Shown: one piece after another, positions 28,700 through 39,361 of the stretch
How the letters are laid out: each line of letters starts with the position of its first letter
Position numbering within the stretch: the stretch's first letter is position 1
Source: Leucoraja ocellata
Taxonomy: Eukaryota
Assembly: GCA_036785375.1 (NCBI GenBank)
Contig: JAWMAR010000788.1
Coordinates: forward strand, 124,001-188,000
Direction: 5' to 3'
DNA: 64,000 bases
Notes under the pieces: model-generated
The model's database searches: none
What the model was told of the DNA's origin: nothing
Seen by the model: the letters and a program-made list of their open reading frames with translations, nothing else
Program-made: the position numbers and the translations under genes

Positions 28700-29240
28700 A
28701 GTAGGAAAGAAGGCATATGGTATACTTGCCTTTATTGGTCTGGGCATTGGATATAAGAGTCAGGAGGTCATGTTGAGCTCTATAATACTCTTGCTAGGTT
28801 ACATTTGAAGTATTCTATGCAATTCGGGTCACCCCAATACAGGATAGATGTGGCTTTGGAGGGGGTGCAAAATAATTTTACCAGAAAGCTGCCTAGATTC
28901 TGAGGTATTAGCTACAAGGAGCAAAGTTTTCTCTGGAAAGCCAGTGTCTGAGGGGAAATCTGATATTAAAAAATATATATATAAAATTATGAAGGGATGT
29001 ATATACTGTATATATAGGGTAGACAGTTAGAACCTCTTTCTTGGTGGAAATGTCAAAGACTAGACGGCATACCTTTAAGTGAAAGGAGGAAAGATTAAAG
29101 GAGATGTACAGGAGGAAGTTTCACATGGATATGCAGGGAATGGAGGAATGTGGATTGTGTGCAGGTAGATAAGAGTTGTTCTTGGCATCATGTTTGGCAC
29201 AGACATTGTGGACTAAAGGGCCAATTCCTGTTCTATGTAA
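28700..29240 (+). mobile_element. CR1/HER1 LINE 3' fragment (degraded)
   Basis: KKAYGILAFI...YKSQEVML...QFGSP motifs plus 3'UTR. Confidence 0.78.
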
Positions 29241-29299
29241 TACCGTTCACCATCATGTTTTAAAGTTCATTTCAGCCGAGTATGAACTTCTTAAGTACT

Positions 29300-29470
29300 T
29301 TTTCAAAGTACATTTTGTGCACAACAGCTTCCCACAAACAGCAACATGGTAATAGCAAGAGGCTCTTTTTTGACAATGTTAAATGAGAATAAATGTTGGC
29401 CAGAACACCAGTTACAAAACTTGCCTGCTTCAAAATAATGCCATGAAATCCATACTCCTGAGACAAATAA
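29300..29470 (-). mobile_element. DeuSINE (SacSINE1/AmnSINE-like) remnant
   Basis: CCCACAAACAGCAA...ATAAATGTTGGCCAGAACACC...AATAATGCCATG matches the Deu-domain pattern; similar remnants at about 10310-10425, 35690-35820, 41180-41330 and 49240-49420. Confidence 0.55.
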
Positions 29471-29549
29471 TTCCCACCTCCAATCAACCTTGCTTTAGTG
29501 ACAAATTTTTATATCGTTTCAAGGATTCTTTCCTTTAGTCACTTTGATT

Positions 29550-29901
29550 CAAGATTCCAATATTCAAGAGAGTTTATTGTCATGTGTCCCAGATAGGACA
29601 ATGAAATTCTTGCTTTGCTTCAGCACAACAGAATATAGTAGGGATAAATAAATACAGAGCGGAACAGATCAGTGTGACCATATACCAATGAATATATATA
29701 TATACACACACACACACACATAAATAAACAGATAAAGTGCAATGGGCTATTAATGATCAGAGTTTTGTTTGAGTTGAGTTTAATAGCCTGATGGCTGCCG
29801 GGAAGCAGCTATTCCTGAACCTGGATGTTGCAGATTTCAGGCTCCTGTAACATCCAGGTTCAGGAATAGCCGCTTCCCCACAGCCATCAGGCTATTAAAC
29901 T
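29550..29901 (-). mobile_element. Rex1/Babar-type LINE 3' end with a 5' fold-back
   Basis: Antisense 3'UTR and tail; 57-bp inverted arms at 29777-833 and 29845-901. Confidence 0.75.
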
Positions 29902-31255
29902 ATTAATTGAAGACAGCGGATCAGAAGACAATCCATACACACTCACGAGACATTCAATGCCGTCGAAAGATAAATCTTCCAAACACAGTCTCTTGATTAA
30001 TAGTTTCTTTATTATAGTCATAAAAAGTAAGATATTCATCCAAACCTTATATAAGTACGTTTTAATCTTACTCGTGGTCATACTCGTGCATGGTCGAAAG
30101 CTGTGACCTCTCCCCCATGCTTCTTCAAACTAAACTAACTACTAGCGAGTCTGCGCGATAAACCCAGCCGCAAACACGCCTCAGACTACGTATAAATCCT
30201 ACCCACATAATTACAGGCAGATAAAATTTAAAGGTAACTGGTTATAGTTATAACTCACTGAGTTAAGCTAAATGGCTATTAGACTCGCTGCAACCCATGC
30301 ACTTTCTTTATCTGCAATTTCTCTGTTGCAAGCAAGTCAGAGTGATAATAGGATGGATAGTTGAAGTGATGAGTGACTGGAAGTTTAGAGCTGGACTTGC
30401 AAACTGAGAAGGTGGTGATGCTTAGAGTGGTCACCTAACCTTGGTTTCCCAGGAACCAAAGTCATGATGTCAGCACAGACTCTGTGAGCTTAAGGGACTA
30501 TTTTGATGCTACATGATTCATCTATTTGTACTAAGTGCTTGGAGGATGCAATGAGTCCGGCAGCATCTGTAGAGGGAATGGACATGTGATGTTTTGGGTC
30601 AGGACCCTTCTTTAGACTCCGGAGTCTGAAGACGAGTCCCGATCAGATAAGTTGCCTGTCCATTCCCTCCATAAATACTGCCTGATCCACTCTTCCTCCA
30701 GCACATTGTCCTTTTGCTCAGGAATCCAGCAGTTTTTTGTGTCTCCGCCTTCCATTGAGGCACCTTACAGTCTTCTTGGCCCAACACCAAGTTCTACAAT
30801 ACGATTAGATATGATTCTTCTATTTCTCTTTACACCTCCTTGCTATTGGTATTAGTTTATTATTGTCATATGTACACAAGTAAAATAAAAATCTTTTAAT
30901 GGATGCTATCCAATTAAATCAGATCAAATCATAAATGAACACAATCTTGCCATACACAACCACAACAGATAATGCAAAGAGAAAAATACCAGAGTGCAGA
31001 ACATAGTTTAGTATACCTAGTAATCCTGATAGATTTGCAATTGGAATACAGTTTTACAAGAGTAGACCCTCTTCTGGGACCAGCACGTCAAGCACCATCA
31101 CACTTATGTGCCAACTTTCACCATCTTCTCTTTAGTCCTTTTCACCCCTGCATTCCTCTGCATGCTAAAAGCTGTGGGCTTGATAGATACAGGGGCCACA
31201 ATTTTCTCTCATTTTCATAAAATCAAAAAATTCTCTCATTTTGATGTAAACATTT

Positions 31256-31637
31256 TGATGCCTCAAAAAGGCTGGCAGTATCATCAAAGACCCACACCAT
31301 CCTGGCCACACACTCATCTCCCTGCTACCTTCAGGTAGTAGGTACAGGAGCCTGAAGACTGCAACAACCAGGTTCAGGAATAGCTACTTCCCCTCAGCCA
31401 TCAGGCTATTAAACCTGGCTCGGACAAAACTCTGATTATTAATAACCACTTTCTGTTATTTGTACTTTACCAGTTTATTTATTCATGTGTGTATATATTT
31501 ATATCATGGTATATGACACATTTATCTGTTTTGTAGTAAATGCCTACTATTTTTTCTGTGTGCTTAAGCAAAGCAAGAATTTCATTGTCCTATACAGGGA
31601 CACATGACAATAAACTCACTTGAATTTGAACTTGAAC
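31256..31637 (+). mobile_element. Rex1/Babar-type LINE 3' end
   Basis: KAGSIIKDPHHPGH...LLPSGSRYRSL...RFRNSYFPSAIRLLN, 3'UTR and (CTTGAA)n tail. Confidence 0.8.
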
Positions 31638-32493
31638 CTCTCACCATTTACTCTCACTCTGATAAAAAAAAACTCACAAAGTACTTGCGGTAACATTTCA
31701 GTTTTCTCTCATTTTGATTGCAAACTCTAATTTTTCCCCCCATTCTGATTAAACACGCAATTTAACTTTCATTTGGATGAAAACTCACGCAAATTACTCT
31801 CAGTTTGATGAAAGCTCATTTATTTTGTTTCCCACTGGATTTGATGCTGGGTTTTGTTAAGTATTTCCAGCTGAATTTGACTTAATTCCCTCAGTATTTC
31901 TGATCTTTCCAAAGGAATGATTTTTATCACCAGATTAGAATTTTGTTAATGCATATTTTTGTTAATGCATTAAAAAAAACTGTTCTTTTAAAATCTACAA
32001 AATGCACTTCAACTTGATACTGCCTTCCTACAACAATTCCTAATAACAAAAAAAAAAAACGTTATTATCTAAATTGTAATATTTAGCCCCTATTTGGAGA
32101 ATATTAAAAAATATATTTAATCAAAGCAACAAAGTCAAAAGACAAAAATAAATTTATATTTTCAATGATTTGATTTATCTTTGATTAGTATTATTAAAAT
32201 AAAGATTTATCCCCCCCGCCCCATCGGTTAATATAAACCTCGAGACAAAAATGAATTTATATATATATTTTTTTATGTTATTTCATAATTATAATTCTAA
32301 AATACATTATAAAGATTTCTGCAGTACCTTGTTTCTATAAAGATGTTCCCCCCCCCCATTTGGTTTGGATAATCTAAAGAGGGCATAAAGCACGGGTTTT
32401 GTTTTAATACATATAAAATATAATATATATATAAGTATTCCGAGTCTTAATAAAAAATTGCGAAAGTTCTATTCGACATAGTCAGGTGGAGAC

Positions 32494-32498
32494 AAAAA
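32494..32498 (-). terminator. Pol III oligo-T terminator of the tRNA-Arg gene
   Basis: TTTTT on the - strand, 5 nt downstream of the tRNA 3' end. Confidence 0.85.
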
Positions 32499-32503
32499 GA
32501 ACT

Positions 32504-32588
32504 CGACTCCGCCGGGACTCGAACCCGGAACCTTTGAATCGCTTCACCCACTAGAAGTCCAATGCGCTATCCATTGCGCCACGGAGCC
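32504..32588 (-). tRNA. TRR-TCT: tRNA-Arg(TCT) with a 12-nt intron (32540-32551, GTGGGTGAAGCG)
   Basis: Reverse complement reads GGCTCCGTGGCGCAATGGATAGCGCATTGGACTTCTA[intron]ATTCAAAGGTTCCGGGTTCGAGTCCCGGCGGAGTCG; intact cloverleaf, A and B boxes, anticodon at 32553-55, intron after position 37. Confidence 0.97.
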
Positions 32589-32799
32589 ACCTGTTGGATC
32601 CAAGCTGGAAATAGTCTATTCATTCTCGCATCAGAAGCGTACGATAATCACCTCGTATTTTCTGTCGATTCTCATCGCCTTGTAACGGTGTCGTCTAAAT
32701 GTTTCGACTCCCGGAGGTTCGGAGTCGTGAACGAGCTTCCATTTCACTTATTAGATATAGTTTAATTGGGTTTTTTTTTAATGTTAGTGTGAGAGTGTG

Positions 32800-33010
32800 T
32801 GTGAGGCCGGAGTGTGGTGAAGCGCTGGCTGCGGCCGCTAGGAGCTCCTCGGCCCGGCTCCGTGTGACGTGAAGTGTGGGGGCGGGAGCGCGCTCGAGCC
32901 GTTGCCATTGGCAACACCCTCGGGGCCAACGGCCGCGGCCGTTCGATCTTTGGTTCGAATGTCGGCGCGCGCCGCGACCGTTGCGTTCAAAATGGCGGCG
33001 GCAGCGCCTC
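32800..33010 (+). promoter_or_regulatory. CpG island / probable Pol II promoter divergent from the tRNA
   Basis: The only strongly GC- and CpG-rich tract in the window; TGACGT (CRE half-site) 32865-70, GC-box 32878-87, RFX X-box GTTGCCATTGGCAAC 32901-15, YY1 CAAAATGGCGGC 32988-99. Confidence 0.75.
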
Positions 33011-33582
33011 AGATCCAGATTCAACTTTAATTGTCAGTGTACAGTACAGAGACAACGAAATGTAGTTAGCATCTCCCTGGAAGAGCAACATAGAATATGA
33101 TTTCAATAAATAAATCTATTTACATGCATACAGTCATAGTGTTTTTCCTGTGGGAGGAGTGTCGGGGGGTTTGCAGTCACCGAGGTACGTTGTTGAGTAG
33201 TGTGACAGCCGCAGGGAAGAAGCTGTTCCTGGACCTGCTGGTCCGGCAACAGAGAGACCTGTAGCGCCTCCCGGATGGTAGGAGGGTAAACAGTCCATGG
33301 TTGGGGTGAGAGCATGCTGAGCACCCTTCGCAGACAAGGCTTGCTTTGGACAGACTCAATGGAGGGGAGTGAGGAACCGGTGATGCGTTGGGCAATTTTC
33401 ACCACCCTCTGCAATGCTTTCCGGTCGGAGACAGAACAGTTGCCATACCATACTGTGATACAGTTGGTAAGGATGCTCTCGATGGTGCAGCGGTAGAAGT
33501 TCACCAGGATCTGAGGAGACAGATGGACCTTCTTCAGTCTCCTCAGGAAGAAGAGACGCTGGTGAGCCTTCTTGACCAGAGT
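33011..33582 (-). mobile_element. 5'-truncated Rex1/Babar-type LINE (RT C-terminus and 3'UTR) with a 6-bp TSD CGCCTC
   Basis: ORF reads TLVKKAHQRLFFLRRLKK...FYRCTIESILTNCITVWYG...LPSGRRYRS; TCTGAA-like tail at the left end; CGCCTC at 33005-10 and 33583-88. Confidence 0.88.
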
Positions 33583-33619
33583 CGCCTCGCCCCGCAAGCT
33601 TAAACCTGAGTGAGTCCAT

Positions 33620-34328
33620 GCACATAACGCAGCAGCAGCGGACAAGCGAGGGCCCACTGATAGTTCTGTCTACTCCAACCGCAGATGTAGATTCTGAAAG
33701 AACTTCAGAGGGTGACGAACCTTTCGTCCACAGTGATAATACAACATCATAACCAGAACCACAACCAGAGCCTGATATCTCAGATAACATGCAAAATCCA
33801 ACACAGACAGATAGATGCATGTCTAGTAGAATTACAAGAACACCTAAAAGATTTGATAATTTTGTTATTTATAAGTGTAACATATAGTTGGCACAAAGCA
33901 ATATGTCCTTTATTTGGTTTGTCACACCACGTTTAAGGAAGATGAGTGGAATGTAACAATCATAAGTACCAAGTTTAGATAAACGGTTTACTTTATGCAT
34001 GGTTATTACTGCCTGGTAAAGTATGCGGGGTATAATGGTTTAAACATCAGGTCTTGTTTGCATAATCAAAGAAATTTTATAAGTTTTGGTGTTACAGTAA
34101 GGATTTTGTGTAAAAGATCATAAAGAGTGAAGATTGTGTTATCTGCGTCCAAGTTAAAGGGGGAGGAGTGTTGTGTATGAGACTATGAATGGTATAATTG
34201 AATGACTTGCACAATTGTACGCATGTGCAGTGAGACTCAAGATGGCGATTTCAATACAACAAGCATGTTAAATTACTGGTGTGTTCCGAGTCTTATTTTA
34301 AATCAGATTCCAGCACCAATATATCACA
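33620..34328 (+). mobile_element. Gypsy-like LTR retrotransposon 3' remnant: integrase tail, PPT and 160-bp LTR (34169-34328)
   Basis: Frame ends SRITRTPKRFDNFV...stop at 33887 (typical Gypsy Pol C-terminus); PPT AAAGGGGGAGGAG at 34156-68 is followed directly by TGTTG, and the LTR ends ...ATCACA. Confidence 0.65.
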
Positions 34329-36135
34329 TTATTCATTCATTATTTTCAGCAACTGGACTAATCACTGCTTAAATAGCTGGGGAGTGGGAACTGAACCCAC
34401 GTCAACCATCTGCTGGAAAGTTGGATGGGCCAAATGGCCTTCTTCCATGAGCAGGAAGGAACTACAGATGCTGGTTTACACTGAAGATAGATGCAAGATG
34501 CTGGCGTAATTCAGCTGGCCAGGCAACATCTGGAGTGAGGGAATGGGTGAAGTTTTGGGAAGGGTCTCGACCCGATACATCACCCATTCCTTCTCTCCAG
34601 AGATGCTGTCGGGCTTCTTCCATGATGGAGAGGTCTCTGATTCCAAATTGTTAGTGAAAATGTTTTGTTCTTTCCAATTGGTATGTTGGAATGCTTTGGT
34701 CATCCAGATCTGACAATGCCACTGTAAGAATTATTATTATCACCAGTTTGCTTGCCCGAATCGGAATGATGAGGAGACACAAGAGAATGCAGACAATTGA
34801 AAAGTATAGCACAGGAACAGGCCCACGATGTCTGTGCCGATCATAATGCCAAGATAAACTAATCTCACCTGCCTCCACATGATCCATAACCCTCCACTCT
34901 TTGCATATCCATGTACCTATATAAAAGCCTCTTAAACATTTTACCATCTCTCCTCAGTGCACTAATCACCCACTGGCCCCAGTCTCACCTCTTTCCCATT
35001 CCTCATTTTGCACAGGTTATCTTTGCCCATCGAAATCTGACAATGCCATTATAAGATGTCACCGGTGTATGTCCGAGTTAGAAGGATAAGATGCACAGGG
35101 GACGAGATGCTTCAACTTCACCTTCACCTGTCCAGAGTCCACCAATCACTCACATTCCCCAGTCATCTTAAACTCATGTTCACTAGACTCCTCTGCCTCT
35201 TTTAAAAATATATTGTCGATTAAATCTATGCCCCCTCAAAATGTTATAAACCTCCTTAAGGTCACCACTCAACCTCCTACATTCCAACTAGAGTAACTCC
35301 AGCCTCTCCATTCTCTCCTGATATCTTCAGCCCTCCATTCCAGTCAACATCTTAATTACCAAACACAAAGTACTGGACAGTCTTAGCGGATCACTCAGCA
35401 TCTGGGGAGGGAATGGATAGGTGATTATTCGAATTGAGACCCTTCAGTCTGAAGAAGGGTCCCCACCTGTCCGTTCCCTCCCCAAATGCTGCCTGGCCTG
35501 CTGAGTTCCTACAGCCATAGATACAGTTCCTACAGCCTTTGTGTTTTGCCTGAAATTCCAGCTTCTGTAATTTCTTATCAACAATTGATGAGTCTCGTCT
35601 TCACACCCTATATGGCTACCACATTCAATATATTTTGTATAAAATTACAAGTATAACAAGTATAACAAATATTCTCGCTGATTTGGATGGAGGAAGGGAA
35701 TTATTCCAGATATCCTGCTCCTATAGATATTCCTCATTCAACATCACTGCAACAGAATGTCTAATCATGATCATATTGCTGCTTGTGGAAGCTTGCTGTG
35801 TGCAAATTGAATAGCTTTTCTTCCTTCAGCTGGGTGTAGTGTAGAGGGCTCTGACCAGTTGCTATGGCAAAATATAACAATAAAATAATCAAACCTGTAT
35901 AGAAGTGTAAATAATGTAGGGAGGGGGTGGTGTTCATACTTGACAAAAAACAACAACGCTATGAAGATTTCTGAACCCATTGCTCGATTCACATAAGATT
36001 GCAGCTCCAAGGATTGCGGCTCCAAGGATGCCAATCTGATTTCTAGGTGTATTATGTTAAATTTACTCCCACTGCACAATATGGCACACAAACATGCTAC
36101 ATTTTTCATGCTATAAGAAAGCATAGATTTCAGAA

Positions 36136-36165
36136 TGCAGGTGAAATGCTTCCAGCAGAGGGTGC
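36136..36165 (+). promoter_or_regulatory. Putative CTCF site with upstream motif
   Basis: Core CCAGCAGAGGGTGC (36152-65) with TGCAG 11 nt upstream. Confidence 0.5.
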
Positions 36166-37469
36166 ACGTAACCAAAAGAACTTTCCAGAAGCTTCAGCAT
36201 TACAGTCGCTAATCGGAAGCCAATGTGAGAACAGAATACCATTGCAAGGGGACAGAGTTCCCAGGGAGAAAGGAAATGGATTTCAGTTGGCATAGTAACA
36301 ATCACATTATCTGATTAACCTCGTCTGGGAAACAGGTAGAGACCGACATGATTTATGACTGATGATCAAACTCCAGTATTATGTTGATAGAGCTTAAGCC
36401 TTTGAGAGTGACGAACCATTGACTCATTCATATATGGAGGCCATTTGGCCCATTGTATCTATGCTACTTCTTTGAAAGGACTGTCCAATGAACCCAACTG
36501 TCCCACAACTCTGAAATTGATCTTCATTTATGAAAACGGCAAATCTAGCTGAAGGAGTCAACAGGATGGCTCGAGTCAAATCAAAGAGGCCCAAGAAAGG
36601 AGAGGCTTGTCCGCACCAACCCTAGATCGCTGTCATCCTTCCAGTAGCCCAGAGGGAAATGAGTAAATGCTAGTAGTCACCTGATTAATACAAACAGGAA
36701 GTGCAGCCTGACTGGTTATCCCCTGTTGCGGCTTGGGTTTTGCTTCAAGGCAAAGTACATGGCAACTAACTGGGGAGAAAGGATTGGGAGAAAGAACAAA
36801 ATTGAAAGATATAATTGGATACTCGCAAAGGCACAATGGATCAATTCCTTCTATGCCATTTGAATTTATGATTCACCATATGCCGTTTACATTCAATTAA
36901 TATAATAGTATAATCCACTCATTAAATGCCTCAAACCATTCCAGTACTTTAAACTACAGCTAGTGAAGATTTAGTTAACTGATGTTGGTAGTGGCCACTT
37001 GCCAATCTGCGCCTCTCTATTGTTTGAATGTACTGAAGAAGTTAAACATTGATGTGAAAATTATCATTGGGACTTAACTTGCATCATCTGACACTTGATT
37101 TCATTACTTTATTGGGCCCACTAACTGTTTCAGGCAGCAATCATAGTTGTTTGAAAACAAGTAATTATCTCAGGTCAATAGGTGCCTAGGGAGTCTTTCA
37201 AGCTCAAAGGATGATTTGCTCCCACTCTAGTTTTGGATAATCGAAAGAGGCTAACATGTTTACGCAAGAATGCTGATTCTTCCACAAATGGAGCAAAAAG
37301 AAACGTGGGTCTGTATTTTAGGATAGTGTACACTTCCGCTGCTATTTGCGCATTGCCTCTGTGTGCTCCTGTCACTGAAACTCAAGGGTCTCAGTCCCAT
37401 CCCAAATACTGCTCAATTTTAAACAGGGTTTCCCTTCGGTGATTGTGAATGTTACATTTCTTCTAGGTG

Positions 37470-37830
37470 GCTTTAAGAACATCTTTGAAGCACTTTCTCT
37501 GCCTTCCTAGAAATGTCTGCCTGTTACTGAACTCAAGGTAGAATGATTGCTTTTGAAAGACTGGTGACAGACAGATCCACAATGCATCTCATTCAAGGAA
37601 GGTTGTTGAATATGACCAGGCCTCGCTGCTGAGTACATTGAGTTCATCAATCTTGCTTCACCTCTCCTGCCAAATGACTTGCAGGATTTTGTGGACATAA
37701 TAATGGCACTAAGGTCTCTACTGTCGGTTGGGATTGACCCAGCAATGATCACTACTGATCCATAGGTCAGGAGCTTGAGATTTTGGCCGTTGTTCATCCT
37801 TCATCAGCCAAGGGATGACTGTTGCACTGC
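37470..37830 (-). mobile_element. Degraded RTE-clade LINE C-terminal remnant
   Basis: Antisense sequence resembles the RTE motif L.K.I.Y.EL..G.R..G.QRK.FKD.LK. Confidence 0.5.
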
Positions 37831-39235
37831 AGGTGATGAATTTTGTTATCAATTTCTTCACCATGAAAAAGAAATGTAACACTCAAAATGGAGGAGCATT
37901 TTGTATGATTGGTTTATTGTATTTTAACATTGTTTTTTACCTGCTTTTAACTATTTATACTGTTCCATCAGGGACTGGATTGTTTTTAGTGTTATTATGT
38001 GTGAAACGTTTTAAATTTCATGTGCGATGCTCCGCTATTCACTGGGAAACGTCTTTTCATTTTGCACTGTACAACTGTTGCTTGCAAGATGACAATAAAG
38101 GTTGATTGATTGATTGATAATCCAAAGAACCATGTGCTTTGATGAAGGTCCTGGGATAAGAACATTAATTTGCAGTTTCAAGCTACAATTGGTTATTGTA
38201 GGGAGCAGTGATTATAATGTAGCAAAGCAAGATTAGTAGTGGACCTTTGTCTTCTGGATGTTTTGTGTGAGAACCATCTTTTCACTAAATTAAATGAGTC
38301 AATGGTGTGGAGCATGTTTTCTAAAGCCGGACTATCTTGACTTTGAAGAAGAGGCAACAGAAATTGAACAGTTTTCTGCTCCAAATGTAGACCAACACTC
38401 CAGTTGGAGGTGAAGTGCAGTGTTTCAGTGAGGAAGTTTGATAGATCACAGATTATATATGATTGGGCGGCAGATGTTGGATCCAATGGCTTTTGGAAGA
38501 CAGCCACTTCTGAAAGGAATCATCCATATTTGGGCGGTGTTAAATGTTTATACAGTATCAAAAAGGATTTTACGGTTGGAGCTGTCTTCTGCATTTTTCA
38601 TTGATTTTTCACATGCAGCAATATGTTCATAGGATTTCTTCATGGAAATTTGCTATCATAACTCCTATGCTGATATGAGGGGACAGATGAGGAGGATCCT
38701 TGTGATGACTTTCCCTGCATCAGATAACTGGAAGACCCCACTATAATTACCGTAATCAGACCTCCATTCTTGAGGAACACCAGGTTACAGATACTATAAT
38801 CAGAAGCCAGAAAAAGGAGGGAAACTGGAAGAAATTAGCGGGTCAGGCAGCATCTGTGGAGGGAAATAGATAGTCGGTGTTTTGGATCGAGGCTTTTCAT
38901 CAAGGCAGTGGCTATGATCATAGCATCTCTAAGGCTCTCTTGCATTCTCTCATCATCTTATATGTGGGAAATGAGATCATGAATTAAAAGTACTTCTCCA
39001 CCATGTTTTAATACATCTCAATGGGATTTCCCCGCTCCAGAGGCCTTGTACAACAAAAGATTCCCACATTTGTCATTCAGAAGATAGATTTAGGAATGTC
39101 TTCCCCAGACTGGATGAAGAAGCAAATTAATTGCTTGGAGATGGCAAAAGCAAACTCAGTTGAAATTATATAAAATAACATGTGAATTTGTATCACTATA
39201 AATGACAGGTGAAGTAACAGACAAAGATATTTGTT

Positions 39236-39361
39236 TAAAAAGGAACTGCAGATGCTGGAACAATTGAAGGTAGACAAAAATGCTGGAGAAACACAGCGGG
39301 TGAGGCAGCATCTATGGAGCAAAGGAATGGGTGACGTTTCAGGTCGAGGCCCTTCTTCAGA
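39236..39361 (-). mobile_element. Penelope-derived short element with hammerhead motif (39330-39361) and about 15-bp TSD
   Basis: AAGGAACTGCAGATGCTGG end; reverse complement CTGAAGAAGGGCCTCGACCTGAAACGTC; ACAAAGATATTT(T)GTT on both flanks. Confidence 0.75.

Noticed and set aside
31190-31820. CRISPR-like repeat-spacer pattern
   Set aside because: Eukaryotic context, degenerate repeats, irregular and related spacers, no cas genes.
32855-32885. Possible miR-760 homolog (the human BCAR3 island hosts MIR760)
   Set aside because: Only CGGCTC is shared and there is no convincing precursor hairpin.
33103-33657. 184-aa ORF as a host gene
   Set aside because: It is the truncated, frameshifted RT C-terminus of a Rex1/Babar LINE.
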